From the NCBI GenBank assembly GCA_951406725.2, contig OX597820.1, positions 51,398,001 through 51,462,000 on the forward strand: a stretch of DNA of 64,000 nucleotides. The letters are read 5' to 3'. The DNA comes from Octopus vulgaris. Lineage: Eukaryota. Under the pieces are notes generated by a model. The model was not told the origin of the DNA. It saw nothing but the letters and a program-made list of their open reading frames with translations, and did no database searches. Positions 13,590 to 28,736 of this stretch are shown here, one piece after another (within the stretch, counting starts at the first letter, position 1; every line of letters begins with the position of its first letter). Both the position numbers and the translations under genes were made by a program.

Positions 13590-14695
13590 TACAGTATAGT
13601 AGGGTTAGTTACACACCGTTTCCGAGAAAAACAGCACCATGACGGAATTCATTCTGTACAGTTGTACTGCTTGGCATAAACGCCGGAAGCTCCACTACAT
13701 ACATTTCAGAGTGTGTGGGTGTCAATCTGAGGAGAGAGCAGAGGATTTTGAAAGAGATGGATGAGTCTAATTGTACTTACGAAGGAAAACTCATTCTGAT
13801 CGTTCTGATAAGAAAAGAAAAGAACTCCTGAAATTGTTGGTGAGATCCAGTTTATTATTGACAATGATCGCTCCAAATCCATCAAGCCCATCGTCAGTGA
13901 GATGAGAGTGTCTGAATTTCTTATCAAGCAGTTGGTGTCTAAAAATATACGGTATTCCTCATACAAGATGCGAAAGGGCGAATTTTTGACAACAGGAAAG
14001 ACCGCGCTACGAAGCTTTTGAACAATCTTCAGCATCCCCTCCAATAGAACACGAGAATAATTTCCTGACAAGATCAGATGGTGAATACTCGGAACAACCG
14101 TTGGCTTTCAGTGTTCCTAAAGCCTATACCGAGTATGATAAAAATCAAACATCCAGTCAGCATCATGGTGTTTGGAATGATCACTAGTGACGGTGACATT
14201 ATGACTCCATTCATTTTCCCACAGACTCAACACGGTGGACTACAAGTGGCTGGAGGAAGTATTGCTGCCCTGGGTCAAGTTGGTGTCTGCTGGAAGACCC
14301 TATGTCTGACCACAAGACAGTGGACCAGGTCACACAAGCAGGCGTACACAGTCATGGCTGTCAGATAATTTCTGCGACCACATCACCTCTAACATCTGGC
14401 CCACAATCTCTCCAGACTGCAACACTCTTGATTATTATGCGTGGGCCCAGTTGAGCGAGAGACCAGCAAAACTCTTTCTAACACCTAAGATGAACTGAAG
14501 GCAGCATTCACCAACTTAAACAATCATCCAGAAGAGTTGCAGGAGTTTCCAAAGTTGTCTGGAGGCCCTGGTTGAAGCCAATGGCGATTTTATTGAATAA
14601 ATTTAGTCTTTAATATTCCAAAATATTTTTATGTAAATTTTGTAAATAATTTTTTCATTCTTGCGTAATTTAGGCGGCACTTTATTCACTGCACT
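13590..14695 (+). mobile_element. maT/DD37D-like Tc1/mariner transposon, decayed
   Basis: NTRNNRWL, KHPVSIMVFG.ITSDG, QDS.P.H, IWP..SPDCN.LDYY remnants; disrupted by stops and frameshifts. Confidence 0.8.
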
Positions 14696-14749
14696 TCATG
14701 TGTGTTCATACATACACACATAGACACACACAAACACGCACACATATAT

Positions 14750-14985
14750 CATGTTATGTGATCACGTGACCGACCAGACTATCAGGTGTTGTTACACATC
14801 GTTGGTCAAGATACGTTTTCATTGATGTAGCCTTCGAATTACATCAACCCTCTGACTAGGTGAGCAGTCCAAAGCTGTCTCTCCAAAGGGGGACTGGAGA
14901 AACGTGAAACGTTTTGCTCAAGAACACAGCACGCCGCCGAATCACGGACTCGAACCCACGATCGTACATGTAACAGCCTAAATAT
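14750..14985 (-). mobile_element. tRNA-derived SINE remnant
   Basis: Minus strand GGGTTCGAGTCC B box followed by GTGTTCTTGAGCAAAAC core. Confidence 0.55.
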
Positions 14986-15142
14986 TTGCCATGCCGAAAT
15001 CAACGAACACAATCAGTAAAATCTCCTTTATCAGATTTGCATAACGAGAGACAATTTTTTAATCATACATTTATCATATTAACACTCTGCCGTAACTAAT
15101 ATGTTCTCCTTTCGATTGTATGCATCTTGCGAAAACACACAT

Positions 15143-15181
<39 letters not shown>

Positions 15182-15599
15182 CAGACAGACACACACACAC
15201 AGACTCACACACAACACACACATGCACGCACAAACGTGCGTATACTCTAATGCATACACAACAAATAAGCACAACACGCACAAACAACAAACAGGAACAC
15301 GCACAAAGAAGCTCACACATATATACACGCGTCCACCTATGGGCAATGTTGTGTGTGAGATATTTCAGATATTTACGTTGCTTCTATTTCTAATCCAGTG
15401 AATATTCATGTAATTGCACCGTAGATGATCGGCAGATATTTGACATGCTGAACTCAATAATATAAAATAAACCAACATATTGAAACTACAGCATGGTGAA
15501 TAGGAATATAATCTTCTGAATATAAACATTAAGCCTTCCACAATCTCTTAAACTGTCTAGTAGCAAATTTCCCTTTCAGTCTATCATATTTCGAATAAT

Positions 15600-16060
15600 T
15601 ACTGCGATTTTGTGGAAGGTATAGTCTTTTCGTATCATACACTGGAAAGCGACCTTAATTCTATGCATGCTAATGTGAAATCTAAGAGCTGTGTAACTAA
15701 CGTAGCTTTAAAAATTGCGGAAATATGTTTATCAAGAATCCATCTGAAATGTTAGGTTTCTCATCTGCCACTCGTAAAACATAAGAGTTACAAATAAAAT
15801 AGTTTTCGTGGAAAGGGAGAATCCTATTAAGCTCCAATCAGATAACACCAAGTTGTTCCGTTGTCTTGACATATCTACCGACCAAAATCCCCAGCAAATA
15901 ACTCTGTGCGGATTTAGACTATTTGTTATTCAAATATACACTTTGTAGTTTCGATTGCCGTAAATAATTTTTTAACTATTGGGGATTACCTTGGTCAAAA
16001 TAGCAGTATCCTGACCATTGGTACTTCTATGACAATGATTTATTTATCTGCTTTGTGAAT
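15600..16060 (-). pseudogene. Possible highly decayed PLE RT remnant
   Basis: Faint RYV(DD)-like and TNG..TA..TK..P-like remnants in RT order on the minus strand. Confidence 0.25.
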
Positions 16061-16167
16061 TATAATACCTGAACCTGCATGCATTGATGCAACCTCCGAT
16101 AGACCCTACTAGTAGTAACATTTTAACTCCTTTGATATACACTCATCAGTATAAGTCCTCAAGAAAA

Positions 16168-16800
16168 TACAGGGTGCGCCAGTTTTTGAGATCATTTGTA
16201 TAAATTTAGAAAAATACGTGTAACCCCTCAAAGAATAGCAGTATTTGAAAACATATTGTTACATGTAATCTTGATAATGATTTTGTCACATTTAAAGAAC
16301 CCACTGGCAGCATCGTTGTCTGGTTAAATACGGAGTCAGAGGCGTTGAGATGCCCACATCATATGCTCTTTATTAATTTTGGATATTGCGGACTTTAGAG
16401 ATTGGATAGTATTTTGAAAGTGGTGATCTAAGTCTCTCTTGATCACGCTGCTTACGTTGCACTACTATGTATTGAGATCTGTTGAGCTTGGAAACGAAGT
16501 GTATGGGGGCAACATGATTATGGAGGTCGGGACGCATCCACACTTGGGTCGTCCTAACCTAATGAGACGGAGCAGTGTCTTGGAAGACACGTTCTTCTGT
16601 TGCATGCTCCGCCTATCCGGAGCCTCACAGATGTTTGCAACATATTTGTGTAGGCAGTGGCATTGACTCTTCAGCCATCTAAAATAACGTGAAGAGGCAT
16701 GACCTCTCTCTAACTGCTGCCGGCTTTTAGAACCAGCAGAGTTACTTGGATCTTTGTATACATGACCGTTAGAAAGTCATTGGAGTCACTGCATATTTGT
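16168..16800 (-). mobile_element. Second maT-like transposase remnant
   Basis: Minus translation FQDTAPSH...PSSTDLNT..NV.SVIKRDL...NTIQSLKSAISKI; TA-CAGGGTG terminus at 16168. Confidence 0.55.
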
Positions 16801-17843
16801 TTCCCTTTTATTCGAGTTACCTTTGGGTCCAGAGCGAAGTATTTCTCATTTGAGTAAATCAGTCCTGCCTCTTAGTGTTCGAAGTTATTTAGAAAGCAAT
16901 TTACACGTACCGTCTGAGTGAGTCTCACTTGCCACGTTGACAAACTTACAGTTTGTACCGTATGTCCCCAAGCACAATTCTTCACATGGTGCATTCTGAA
17001 AACTCGTGTTTTTTTGCAATGGCACTAATTAACTTTGCGGGGTTCTTATCGTTTATTTCAAAGTTATGTCCTGACTGTAATAAAAGTCAGTGCATCCATT
17101 TTGCCTTTTAATTACAGATATTGGATCCACTTCAGCAGCTTCGATCTCCTTTCGATCATTGACAATTGCATGAAGGGCCGGGCTACGTTCAGAAGGCAAA
17201 CTATCTCTCTAGAATTATCCTACGCTTTTAAGGCAAAGAATACAGCGTGCCTCTTCGATTTCTGAGTCAACATGACGTCTTTCATTACTTATTTGAAAAG
17301 AAGGGTAATACAAAAACGTCAGAAGTATATTAAAGCTTGTGAAAGAGGCGTCTTCAAGAGTACCGTGGCGCACGGTATACATGCTGGACTCCATAAACCA
17401 TTGACGAGCCGTGTATGCAATAAAGAAGATACTAAATCTCTACTTAATTTAGGTCGAATCATATCACAAGATGTAATTTATAGAGCATGTACGTAAAGTA
17501 CGTTTAACATTTAATCCTTTAGGGAGATAGTTGATGTCTCGGTAGGTCTTTTCATGAAGGAAATACATATATAAGTATGGCCAATATTCATGATTTAAAT
17601 TATATGTTGAGAAATAATGTTTAAAACAAATTTCAGCATTAGTAGATATATATATATATACGGTTGTATGCATGAGATTTGGTATGTCAGGTCAATTATA
17701 CATAAACATATATACACGTATATTTATGTGTGAGTTATGTGCAAGCATTCATACATGTGTTTGTATGTCTGCGCTTAGCAATATATTATCGTATGTGCAT
17801 AGAATACAAACCTGAAGCTGCAAATATATACACATTCATAAAT

Positions 17844-17910
<67 letters not shown>

Positions 17911-18869
17911 CGTGTGTGTGTTTGTATTATTACAATTCACTTATAACAATATATATCAATATTCATCGATTTTCCCAGTCTATTTCCGTGTGTGTATGCG
18001 TCTATGCAAACATGCTGTGCGTCTATGTGCCTGCGTCTATGTGTCTAACAGAGAAAGAAAGAGAGGGAGAGAGAGAGAGAGGGAGAGAGAGAGAGTGAGA
18101 GAGAGAGAGAGAGAGAAAGAGATAGAGAATGAGAAAAGGTGAGAGACAGAAGAATGTGTGTGAAAAATAGCAATTCTTCAGTTGTTTCAGAGTATGAATT
18201 ATAGGAGGTATAAATGGGTGTATGGAAGGAAATCTGTAAGTTGAGAAACTACTACAGCATAAAATAGGACATATTATTCATTGATATATTAGTTTCACGA
18301 ACTGAAACAACGAAGACAATCAGTGCAAATATACCTAACAAAATTATTTATATGTACAGATGAATCTTAGGAAAAAAAGGACATCTTTTATCAAGCAATT
18401 ATTCTATTACTGCTCCGAGGAAAAGAATATATTGTATGTTGTATATGATTCTAGCAAACATACAAATTAGCACACACATCGAGACATACTCGTATGTACA
18501 GAAACACGTATGCAAAGATTTCCCACATATATCGATAAACAGTAATTCATTTATAATGTATATGTGTGTGTCTGTGTCAGTGTCCATATACATATATACA
18601 TGTACATACTTATATGTGTGCGTGTGTCTGTCTGTGTTTAAGTGTCTTCATGAATGTATGCATAAATGCAAGCCAAAGTAACATAACATAATATATATGT
18701 TTATATATAGATGTCTCACACATATACTTAGTAAACATCAGAGAACTGTTACAACACAGTAGTAGAACCAAAATTACTTCCCGAGAGACATTGTGGCGTG
18801 CAATCAAGCCTTATGTATAGTACTCGCCGAAATACACACAGATGCAGAAAAGCACATACCAAATTATTT

Positions 18870-19800
18870 TGTATTATGAGGCACCAGAAGAAAAAAAAAA
18901 CAGAGACACGGTGGATTTGCCATGTACATCCGTGAAGATCTCACGCCCCAGATACTTTTGCCACACGAAGGAAAATTATTGCACTTCTTGAAGAGAATGA
19001 CTTACTGACGAGTTTGAAGTCGCCTTATACAGCATTTGTAGCACTACTTCTCAGCAGCTCAAATGTGTACGTGATATATCTCGACATTGCAAAAGCCTTT
19101 GATAAATTCGACTATGGTATGATGTGTCACAATCTGCGTAGTCTCGTCATAGTTGAAAAACTTGGAAAATGGCTAAGTCCTCTAGTAGTGGCCAGCGGGG
19201 CCGCATCCAACGGATGAGTTGTGTTCCACAGGGCAATGTTTTTGGGTCACTGTTATTCACAGTTGCCCTCTCAGACATGCACTCACTTGCTCGGATAGCC
19301 AACCTTGCTAGTTATGTAGATGATACAAAGTCGCTCAGAAGATACAAAACCCGCGTGACATTGCGGATCTGGAACGGGAGTGGGACGCAATATACAGGTG
19401 AGCTGAGGAAAATAACATGCAGTTTAATACTGGAAAATTCCAACCCCTGCGCTACCACAACACGATCGTTAGTGAAAAGTAGACAGGATGCATTGGCACA
19501 GAAGGGATTCCAATCACTAAATCAAAATCAGTGCATGACCTGGGCCCAAACATGAGTAATAATGCATCATTCCAAGTGCATATTACAATGTTGGCAATGA
19601 AATATGTCTTGGTAGATGGATCCTTTGAATTTTCAAAACAAGAGAGCAGAAAACCATGGTGGTCCTCTGGAGAACATTTGCTCTCGGCGGTTTGGATCAC
19701 TGCTCCCAACTGTGGTTACCAAACTGTAACATTAATGGCGAAACTCGAGGCATTCCAGCGAACATCGTGCCAATGCAATATGTCAGCTACCGGGAGAGAG
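18870..19800 (+). mobile_element. CR1-like LINE RT fragment, decayed
   Basis: VIYLDIAKAFDK.DYG, VPQG..GSLLF, YVDDTK; same family as 31724-33900. Confidence 0.85.
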
Positions 19801-19884
19801 AGAAAATTTAAGATTTCAGTGAAGCCTTCTTTGAAGAAGATCTCTAAAAATTGTGAAAGAACACCTAAAAAGTAACATTTAGTG

Positions 19885-20916
19885 ATATCTGTTGAAAATA
19901 TGCAAAATTTGGCATCGTTTCATTTTGAAGTACCTGGCGGTAAAGGGTTTATCTCCGAAAGTTATTTATGATATAATAGTTGCTCCCTTAGCGGATGACG
20001 CCCGAGCTAATCTACTGTGCAAATGTGGAGAGCTGAATTGAGAGTTTTAACGTTGACCCAACATCTGGAGGTCCTGTCAATGCTACCACTAATCGTGTTC
20101 ACCATGTCTGTCATGAGAGAGTTGAGAATATTCTGCGCAAGGAACTTAGGAAAACGAATGTTTCTTCTCGGTGGGTGTTGCATCTTACCAGAAGTGTACC
20201 AGGCTGATCATATAACGGGAAAAATCTGATATTGTTTGATGCTCACCCAGCAGATTTCCTTCAGCTCTTCCTATATCGGAATGTGTGCTGGGTTCATTTC
20301 ATTGAGCCAGAGACAAAATGACAACACAAGCAGTAGAAATACCTCATTATCTGCCACAAATATGGCAAGTTTTTGTCTTGTGCAGGGAAGGTCCTTGCCT
20401 CAGATCTTTTTGAATCAACATTTATTGCGTTGATATTCTATGGGTCACATCACCAATGGTGACTTCTACGCCAATTTGCTGAGACAGATAGGAAAGTTTA
20501 TCGATGCTAAAACACTCAGAAAATCTGACACAAATGATCTTGTTTCTTCAGGACAATGCTTCAGGATACAAACCCTTGATATCAGTATCTCCTGTGTATG
20601 ACTGGGGCTTCTCACGGGTTGATTACCCCACCTACACTCTTGATTTGCCCCCATCTCACGCTTATTCATTGCACAAAATAAAGGAAACATATGGCTGGGA
20701 ACTTGTGCTGCAGTGATGACGACGTAATATCTCCCGTTGATGAACTTTTTGACCAACTACACGAAAGCATATTCACCAATCTGATGCAAGTACTGCAATA
20801 CCGCTTGAAGAGGTGTATGGACTGCAAAGGGGGTTTATGTTGAAAATTAAATTTAATTAGGACATATTGCATGAGAGTATTGTGGTCAGCCTATCGACAT
20901 TTCAGCCAAAAATCGT
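19885..20916 (+). mobile_element. mariner (DD34D) transposon, decayed
   Basis: WVHFIEPETK, AGKVLAS, LQDNAS, YTLDLPPSHAY (YSPDLAPSD-like); ends in ...CGTA. Confidence 0.75.
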
Positions 20917-22071
20917 ATGTAGTCGTACATCGACCTCTTTCGCCTAATAAATTGTGTTTTCTTAATTTATGCATATCTACAAAAATATGTTCTTTTTGTT
21001 ATATATGAACTTTAAAAAAAATATGTATCGATGTGTACATTTATATGTCTTATGTTGTTGTTCGTGCTAAATATGTAATATTGTAATAATTTGCATGTGA
21101 AGTTTGTGTGTATTTATGTGTTTGTCTTTGGGTATGTTTCGTCATATATGTTTCAGTATGTTTGTATCCTTGCGCATGTGTTTGTGTGTGTGCATGTGTG
21201 CGTGTTTAAATGTGTATATAGCTGTCTCTGTATGTATTCGATTATATATATGCATAAACATATATGCGTATATGTATATGTATGTTTATAGGTATTTATG
21301 TACGTACAAATGTATATATATATATATATATATATATATGCGTACGTACCTATTTAAATGTTTATGTGTTTATGTATGTGTAAGTGCGTATGCGTGTGTC
21401 TGTAACTGTGCACTGTGTGTATGTATGTGGCTGTCTTTGTTTGTTTGCTTGTATGTGTGTGTGTGTGTGTGTGTGTGTTGCAAGCGGGGGTGTATGTATG
21501 TACATTGACCGTACATGTATATTCACTTATTACTCCTGTTTCTAAATCTCACTCTCTTTCACTCTCTGTCTCTCACTCTCTTTCACTCCATGTCTCTCAC
21601 TCTCTCTCTAGTCTGTACTATAGTATTTCCTCTTTATTCTGTTTCCAAAAATTTTATGTCACCACTAATTACTAACTAATTACATATATACGATTCATCC
21701 GAATATAAATTTTGTGTTATTTCATTTTCTGTCAGAAGAATTTCAAATACGAAAGTATTCATATATTTATCCTACATACACATTCATCTAGTCCCCCTTA
21801 GCAAATGAAACATGTGCCATATTGAATAAATAATACCAAAACTTTTTAAAACATCTGTTTTAATATATAATTACTCTGCAAGAAATATTGCCTGAATTTA
21901 GAACTCTAATGTGTATTTCGCATAAATATAACAAATAGATACAAAATTGCCATTCTGGAACAAGTAGATATGTTTATGCACGCGCATGTAAGCTTGCAGG
22001 TGCGTGTATTTACGCGTGTGTGAGTGTGTGTGTGTGTGTGAAATGCATAGAGTACTAGTTTGTAAGTTTGA

Positions 22072-22111
<40 letters not shown>

Positions 22112-25100
22112 TCTTGTGTGTTTGGGTGTCTCTGTGTGTTTGCGCGTGTGTATGTGTTTGTGTGTGTGTGTGTCTTTGTGTGTGTGTATGTTTGTACGTC
22201 TGTGTATGAGTTTGTGTGTGTGTTTGTGCTTGTGTATGTGTGTGTGTGTGTGTGTTTGTAAGATATATATATATATATATATAAAAAGACACGCATTTAT
22301 ATATAACTGACGAAATTATTTAGCAGAAAACGGTAAAATTCACAAACTGAATTTTATGCATAAAAAGCAAAACAAAAGATTATGTACAGGAGCATCAAAC
22401 ACATCGAGCATACGTTTCTCATAAAAGCACAAACCTTAGGGTGTATGTACATATATGACTGTGTGTGCATTTATATATGTTTGTGTGCATCTGTGTGCGC
22501 CCGTGTAAATATCTTGATATTTTATAATCATCGTTATTTTTTCACTAGATGTATGACGTGTTTTCCATGGATATTCGCTAAGAGCTTAGGATTATATATC
22601 GTAATCATCTTCACTGGATGATTGAAATGTATACTATGTCTCTCAAATTTCAACTAGTTTCAAGGATATTTAATACTCTCAGTTCCATTTGTGTGTCTAG
22701 TGTATATGCCATGTTATGTGTGTACATACACTTTTATATCCATAGATATACGTATATATTAACATTTTACACGCTAAACGAACATATATGAGTATACAAA
22801 CACCTATATTGTGTCCGTACATATACACGCATACACATACATATACGCATGTATATACACACATACGCACACACACACACACACACACATACACACATAT
22901 ATATATCCGTCTGTATACGTATGTATATAATCTCTCTTGTAGTATAAATTTGAGGTATTTCAACTCATACTAGAAACAAATATGTACAGCATGTTTAGAT
23001 GACTGAAGCGAGAATATTCAACTAGAACATGCTTTTTCTCTTTCCAATATATTCCTAATTATCAAATGTCGAGAAACAACCATTTGATTGCTCCACTTCT
23101 CTGACATTGTAAAGGTGAGCTAAACGGACCATAAACATATTTATTTAGATCTTAAGTATATATAACAGAATAACAAATAGCATTTTCAAACGGGAGAACG
23201 GGTTACATGGTTATGGCTATGTGAGTAAATTATTAATATAATTCTAATATATCTGTGTATTTGGATTGACAGAGAAAGGAGCATTTCATATCTATTAGTA
23301 GCTCCCGCAGACTTTTGTTGATTTTGCGGTTATTAAATATAAGAAAAGCCGCTAAATTTATATTTAAAAATAGAAAGAATTACAAAAAAACACAATGATG
23401 CCGTTTGCAGACTAATGATTAGAGATATAGAATGGATGCATATGCAAAGGGATCTCACTGATTCTTGTTTTACTTGGGCGGATTCTAGTAGTCGTTCAGT
23501 GTTCAAAACGTTTATGATATTAAATATTATTATGTATTGTATAAAAATATTCTGTATTTTATAGAAGTTTAACCAAATATTCCGTATATTTTAGAGATAT
23601 AACCAAATTATAGCAGATAATCTTCAAATCTTATATGGACCCCAAAATAGCCATATGAATTCAGGATGGGAAACTGGCTTAGAGGTTCCTGTTATTTAAA
23701 CCCATGTGGATATTGTTGATAGTTGAAAAATGAGAAGGTGAAATGCAATACTACAGTCTCTCTTTGTCTAGACGTGTACACTAGGAGATATGTTGTTCAA
23801 TACTTACTTCAACTTTTACTTTAGTAATATGGGAATTTAAGCAGATTTGTCACTTTTTTGTGACACGTCGAGAAATGGCTTGGCTCCAAGCAAAATCAGT
23901 TTTAGTGAGATACTGAGATAAATAATTAGCTGATATTCTATTATCTGAATTAAGATTATCTATATAATAGATTCTATAAAGTGTGCATATGTTCGGTTCA
24001 CTTTCACAGATTGGAGAATATTTTAGATGGTATTTCACAGGTATATTACTGTACAGCAAAACCAATGAGAGATAGTCGACGTTGAACTTAAGAGAACCAA
24101 ATGCAATGGTATTCATCATTACTTTCTTGGTCTGGTAAGAATCAATAGTAATCACATTTGTCATTCAAATGAAAATCTTTATGTACTCTAGAGATTGCAA
24201 TTAATATTGTGAGATCGATAAAAAAAAAATGAAAAATTGCTTCCAGTGTCCTCCAATTTTAAACTCACTAACCTAGAAAATAAGATGTCGTTGGGATGTT
24301 AATGTAAGACACAGGCGATGATATAAAACAATTCAATACTTCAGTACTGATGAAGAATCCCAATGGTATTCTAGATAGGCTGTGATTTCTGTGAGGATAT
24401 TAGAATAATTAATATGTTCATCGTTTTCACTAGGGCGTTATTGAAGTTCATCTGAGAATCTGCAGTACATACGAAGAAGTTAAGTTTCTGAAATAGACTT
24501 TCGATATTGCTGTCAAAACCAAATGAATAAAATGTCTTCTTACTAAATTAAAAAACAAAAAAGAAATGATGATATATAAGTCTCATCGACATAACAATAA
24601 GGAATCCCAAGATAACTAGTGGATATATTTTATTTGGTAAATATGTAGAAACAAATATTCATCAGCATGATAAATAGGCGAAACGTTCAAGAGCATATAG
24701 TCACGTGTAAAGTTAGACTAACATTTAAATGTTTAATCATATCAATATATGAATATAATTATAATCTTAGATATACGAAAACATATTTTACATGTAGCCC
24801 GGTTGATTTTAGCAGGAGAACCTTTATCACAAAATATAAAAGATGGAGAATATTGTTTGGAAATATTTCAAAACCAGCAATTATTCTTCTCTGCAATTGT
24901 TTATATTAGTAACTTTTTAAGAAACTAAGAAATGGTGTAGGAGGAGGCGAATACAGCGAGAGTAATTAAAAAATATACGAGCGTAGGTTTTTGGAGTTAT
25001 TTTGCTCTTGCAGTTGTTCGGATTCTAATGAGGGAGTTTACTTTCTCTTTTAGAATCTAGTGAATTTATTGTCGACAATTCTATTAACTAAAAGAAGTAC

Positions 25101-25502
25101 GAGAAAGTGACACGCGAGCGCGCGCGTACAAACACACACAATATCTTTCTCTCTCACATACATACACGTGTGTCTATATATTTCTATATAAATATATAAA
25201 AGAGAGATTTTGTCCGTTTGTGTGTTTGCCCCATATATATGATGAGAGCTTCACCTAGTAATTTTTTTTTATTCTTCATTCCTTTTCGAAATTACCCCTA
25301 ATAGTAGTTTGGAGCTTAACTACTCTTTCTAGCGGGTCAGATGTCCTGTTACGGCCATCTTTTATGTGTTTAAATGTACACTGCATTTTCATATGAATGA
25401 TATATAGTCTATTGACAAGTATTTTTCCTTCTCGCTGGACCGCTGGTATCAAAGAAATTTTCTAAATTACTTTGCAACCCTGGAATTTATTAATATATAT
25501 AC

Positions 25503-25542
<40 letters not shown>

Positions 25543-25574
25543 ATGTGTGTGTGTGTGAGTATGTGTGTGTGTGT

Positions 25575-26576
25575 AAAAGAGAATTCTATCCGTTAGTATG
25601 TTTGTTTGTCCCATAAAATGAAACTACATGGTTCAAGTGACGCAACACTAACTGTATTTCAATAAAGTCTTCTGTATTATGGCATTACGTGAAAACACTT
25701 AGGTTTCGACGTATATGAGATCGAGGCTTTCAAGTGATCAATCGGCTGGACTATTTACTGGTCAGCTTCTGAAACTTGGTGAAGAGTGAGTTTCAATTGA
25801 CGAAGAACAGTTTCTTACACTCAATCCAATATGTAATCCAACTGATTCCGTCGATGATTATGGTGGTTGAAATATTTCCTAATCTTCATAATTACAACAA
25901 TACAGATTGGATCTGCGAGTGAGCTATACTGACTCCAGAAACTGTTGTACGTAATATGCTACTGAATGAACTTCCAGGAGAAGCATTCACCTACAACGCA
26001 ACTGGCAGTTTTGTTGATGATCAGGATATTGTTAGCCACACCATCGAAATTTTTCACTCATTACAACCACAAGGTGCACCTTCTCATTGTCTTCAGCTGG
26101 AAAAATGGACTCATTCTCGGATATTGTATAATTTGCGTCAGCCTAAATTATGCAATGGTACAAGAGGAATTGTGCACAAACATATGACAAACTGTATTGA
26201 CGTAAATATTCTCACTGGTTTCTTTTACGATGAGCGTTAAAAAATGTCAGTGCCAAACAGTAAAATATGCTGGATTGCAACTTGAAGGGCCATGCTTTTT
26301 ACATAGCAAACTTTATGTAGGGACAGCAAAAGCAAATCTTTCTGCTTAGGACGAAGAAATAAAACAAAAACATTCTATATAAACAAATATTCATCTTTCA
26401 TGCAACTTGAATACTTCAATAACTTAATTTGACATTACTATCATTATATTCATGATTGAGTAAATAACCTATTTAATTTCTTCTTTTGCTCTTCTTCCCC
26501 CTTATTTCTATTTCATTTTCTTCATTTTTTCCCTTTTTCCTATTTGAGAGAATATTTTTTGAAAAATGTTATCCTA

Positions 26577-26577
<1 letters not shown>
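25575..26577 (+). mobile_element. Helitron remnant with PIF1-like helicase fragments
   Basis: RAILTP, LQPQGAPSH.L.L, YNLRQPKLCNGTR motifs (ORF 25956-26240); Helitron-like 5' leader. Confidence 0.75.
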
Positions 26578-26647
<70 letters not shown>

Positions 26648-26659
26648 TATGTATATACT

Positions 26660-27590
26660 AGGCCTGGTAGTTTCTTGTAGCTAGGCATTGATGTTGGGCT
26701 ACTATGATAGACCCTTCTGTATCTAATTTTAAGCCAGAAGATACTAACCGTTGATGTGTGTATGTTTGTCAACATTGGCACTATTTGCTTCCTATCAGTA
26801 TTTGCCATTGAGAGTTTTTTTCTTGCCATTTTTCAGCAAGAATATCTAAGGCAGCAGTTTTAGTATGGATGTTCATACGCTTAGCATTTTCTGTACTTGT
26901 TTCTAGTACGTCGTGTGATTCTGGAATTTGTTGTAGTTGGAATTCACTTAGATATGGGTTTACCTGTTTTGTTACTGAGTATGATGATTTCTCGTTTTCA
27001 TGATTTGAGACAAGTTTTAACATCTAGTCATCAGAAATTTTCAGTTAGGTGTTTAGGCCAATTGTGGAAATTGTTATTATTAATTCCACTTCTAAAAGTC
27101 CACGGCCACCCTCTTTTCTTCGCAGGTAAAGTCGTTCTATATCTGCCTTAGGGTGGTGCATTCTATGCATTGTCAACAATTTTCATAGTTTTTCTGATTA
27201 CTTAATGATATTCAAACTGTAAATCACGACTGGCGAGACTAAATTAATGATGGCTTCGAACCTGTGTCTTGCATTTAACTCTGTCTTGAGTATTGTCCTT
27301 AGTCTGCGATGATATTGTCTTCTGATCCTTTCCTTCATAACTGAATATTTGATCCCGTCCTCTTCAATACACGTAGATATTTGTAGCTCACCGCTGTTTC
27401 AAATTCTTTTATGGCATTCTGTTGGTCAAGATTAAGATTGGATGCTTTTCTCATTTTTCCTTTCATAAAGGTAGCTTTTGCTCATTTATCGAGGCCAAGT
27501 TGCATCCTGATATCATTACTGAATTGCATAACAATAGTTAGTATGTCCTGTAGTTGTTGGTCATTTGCAGAAAAGCACTTTGAATCAATT
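26660..27590 (-). mobile_element. R4/Dong-like non-LTR retrotransposon fragment (RT C-terminal region)
   Basis: MHHPKADIERLYLRRKEGGRGLLEVE and AQ.QCLATRNYQ motifs on the minus strand. Confidence 0.8.
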
Positions 27591-27819
27591 GTGCTAATGA
27601 TTTATACTTTTATCAAACATTTTATAGACATATTGAACATAACTGAGCAATTTCGTGAGAGATAATAAGGCTAGACAAAAGATAGGGAGTCACCCTGAAA
27701 CATTCCACATGAAGTTCTTACATCTCCGACGTTACGAAATTCATTGTCACTGTTCAAATTCAGTGTGGTTCCCCCCATGTTCTCACATTTACAGACAAGA
27801 AGTTTCGAAGAGTAGGTAC

Positions 27820-27900
<81 letters not shown>

Positions 27901-27904
<4 letters not shown>

Positions 27905-28630
27905 TAGTTTTATTTTTATAGCGTGCTTTCACTTCACTACCGAGCGCAGCTCTGTGTGCCTTGGGTATGTGCTGTGATTTGTTGTGATGCTCTGATGGTT
28001 ATTGTATGGAAAGTGTTCTGCGTAGGATGTGTGCAGTGCCTAGTAGTGCAATTTTCTGTATGTTATATGTGTTTGTAAGTCCTGGTGTTTTTGTTATGTA
28101 TTTGTCTGAATATTTTTTTATCATGCCTAAGCACCTACTATGATAGGAATTGTTTCTGTTTTCAGATTCCACATTCTAGTTACCTCTATTTCCAGGTCTA
28201 TGTATTTTGAGAGTTTCTCCATTTCTTTTAGAGACACGTTGTCATCAGCCGGTATTGATACATCAATTAGAAAGCATTTTTTTTCTTCATGATCTTTGAC
28301 AACTATATCTGGTCTTTTGGCCTTAATTTCTCTATCTGTGTGTATCGGCATATCCCAGAGTATGGTTGCTTTCTCGTTTTCTGTGACCTTTTCTGGTGTG
28401 TGCCTATACCATCTTTTTTCTGTTGTTATTCCATAATGTTGGCATAACTTCCAATATATGTAGGTTCCAACTCTGTCATGTCTGTGAATATATTCCTCCT
28501 TAGCCAGGACTGGGCAGCTAGAGATAATATGATTTATTGTTTCTTGTCCATCTCCACATATTCTGCAGTTAATTGTAATATTTCTTTTCATTACATGTTT
28601 TTGGTAATTTCTGGTGGGGAGGCTTTGGTC
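27901..28630 (-). mobile_element. R4/Dong-like 5'-truncated copy (CCHC + restriction-like endonuclease + 3' UTR) within (TAA)n
   Basis: CRICGDGQETINHIISSC, RHD, KRPDIVV..IDVSIP, EKLSKY..L; flanked by (TAA)n on both sides. Confidence 0.9.
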
Positions 28631-28665
<35 letters not shown>

Positions 28666-28666
28666 G

Positions 28667-28733
<67 letters not shown>

Positions 28734-28736
<3 letters not shown>

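Noticed and set aside
23850-24164. 104-aa non-repetitive ORF
   Set aside because: No recognisable motif; length is compatible with chance
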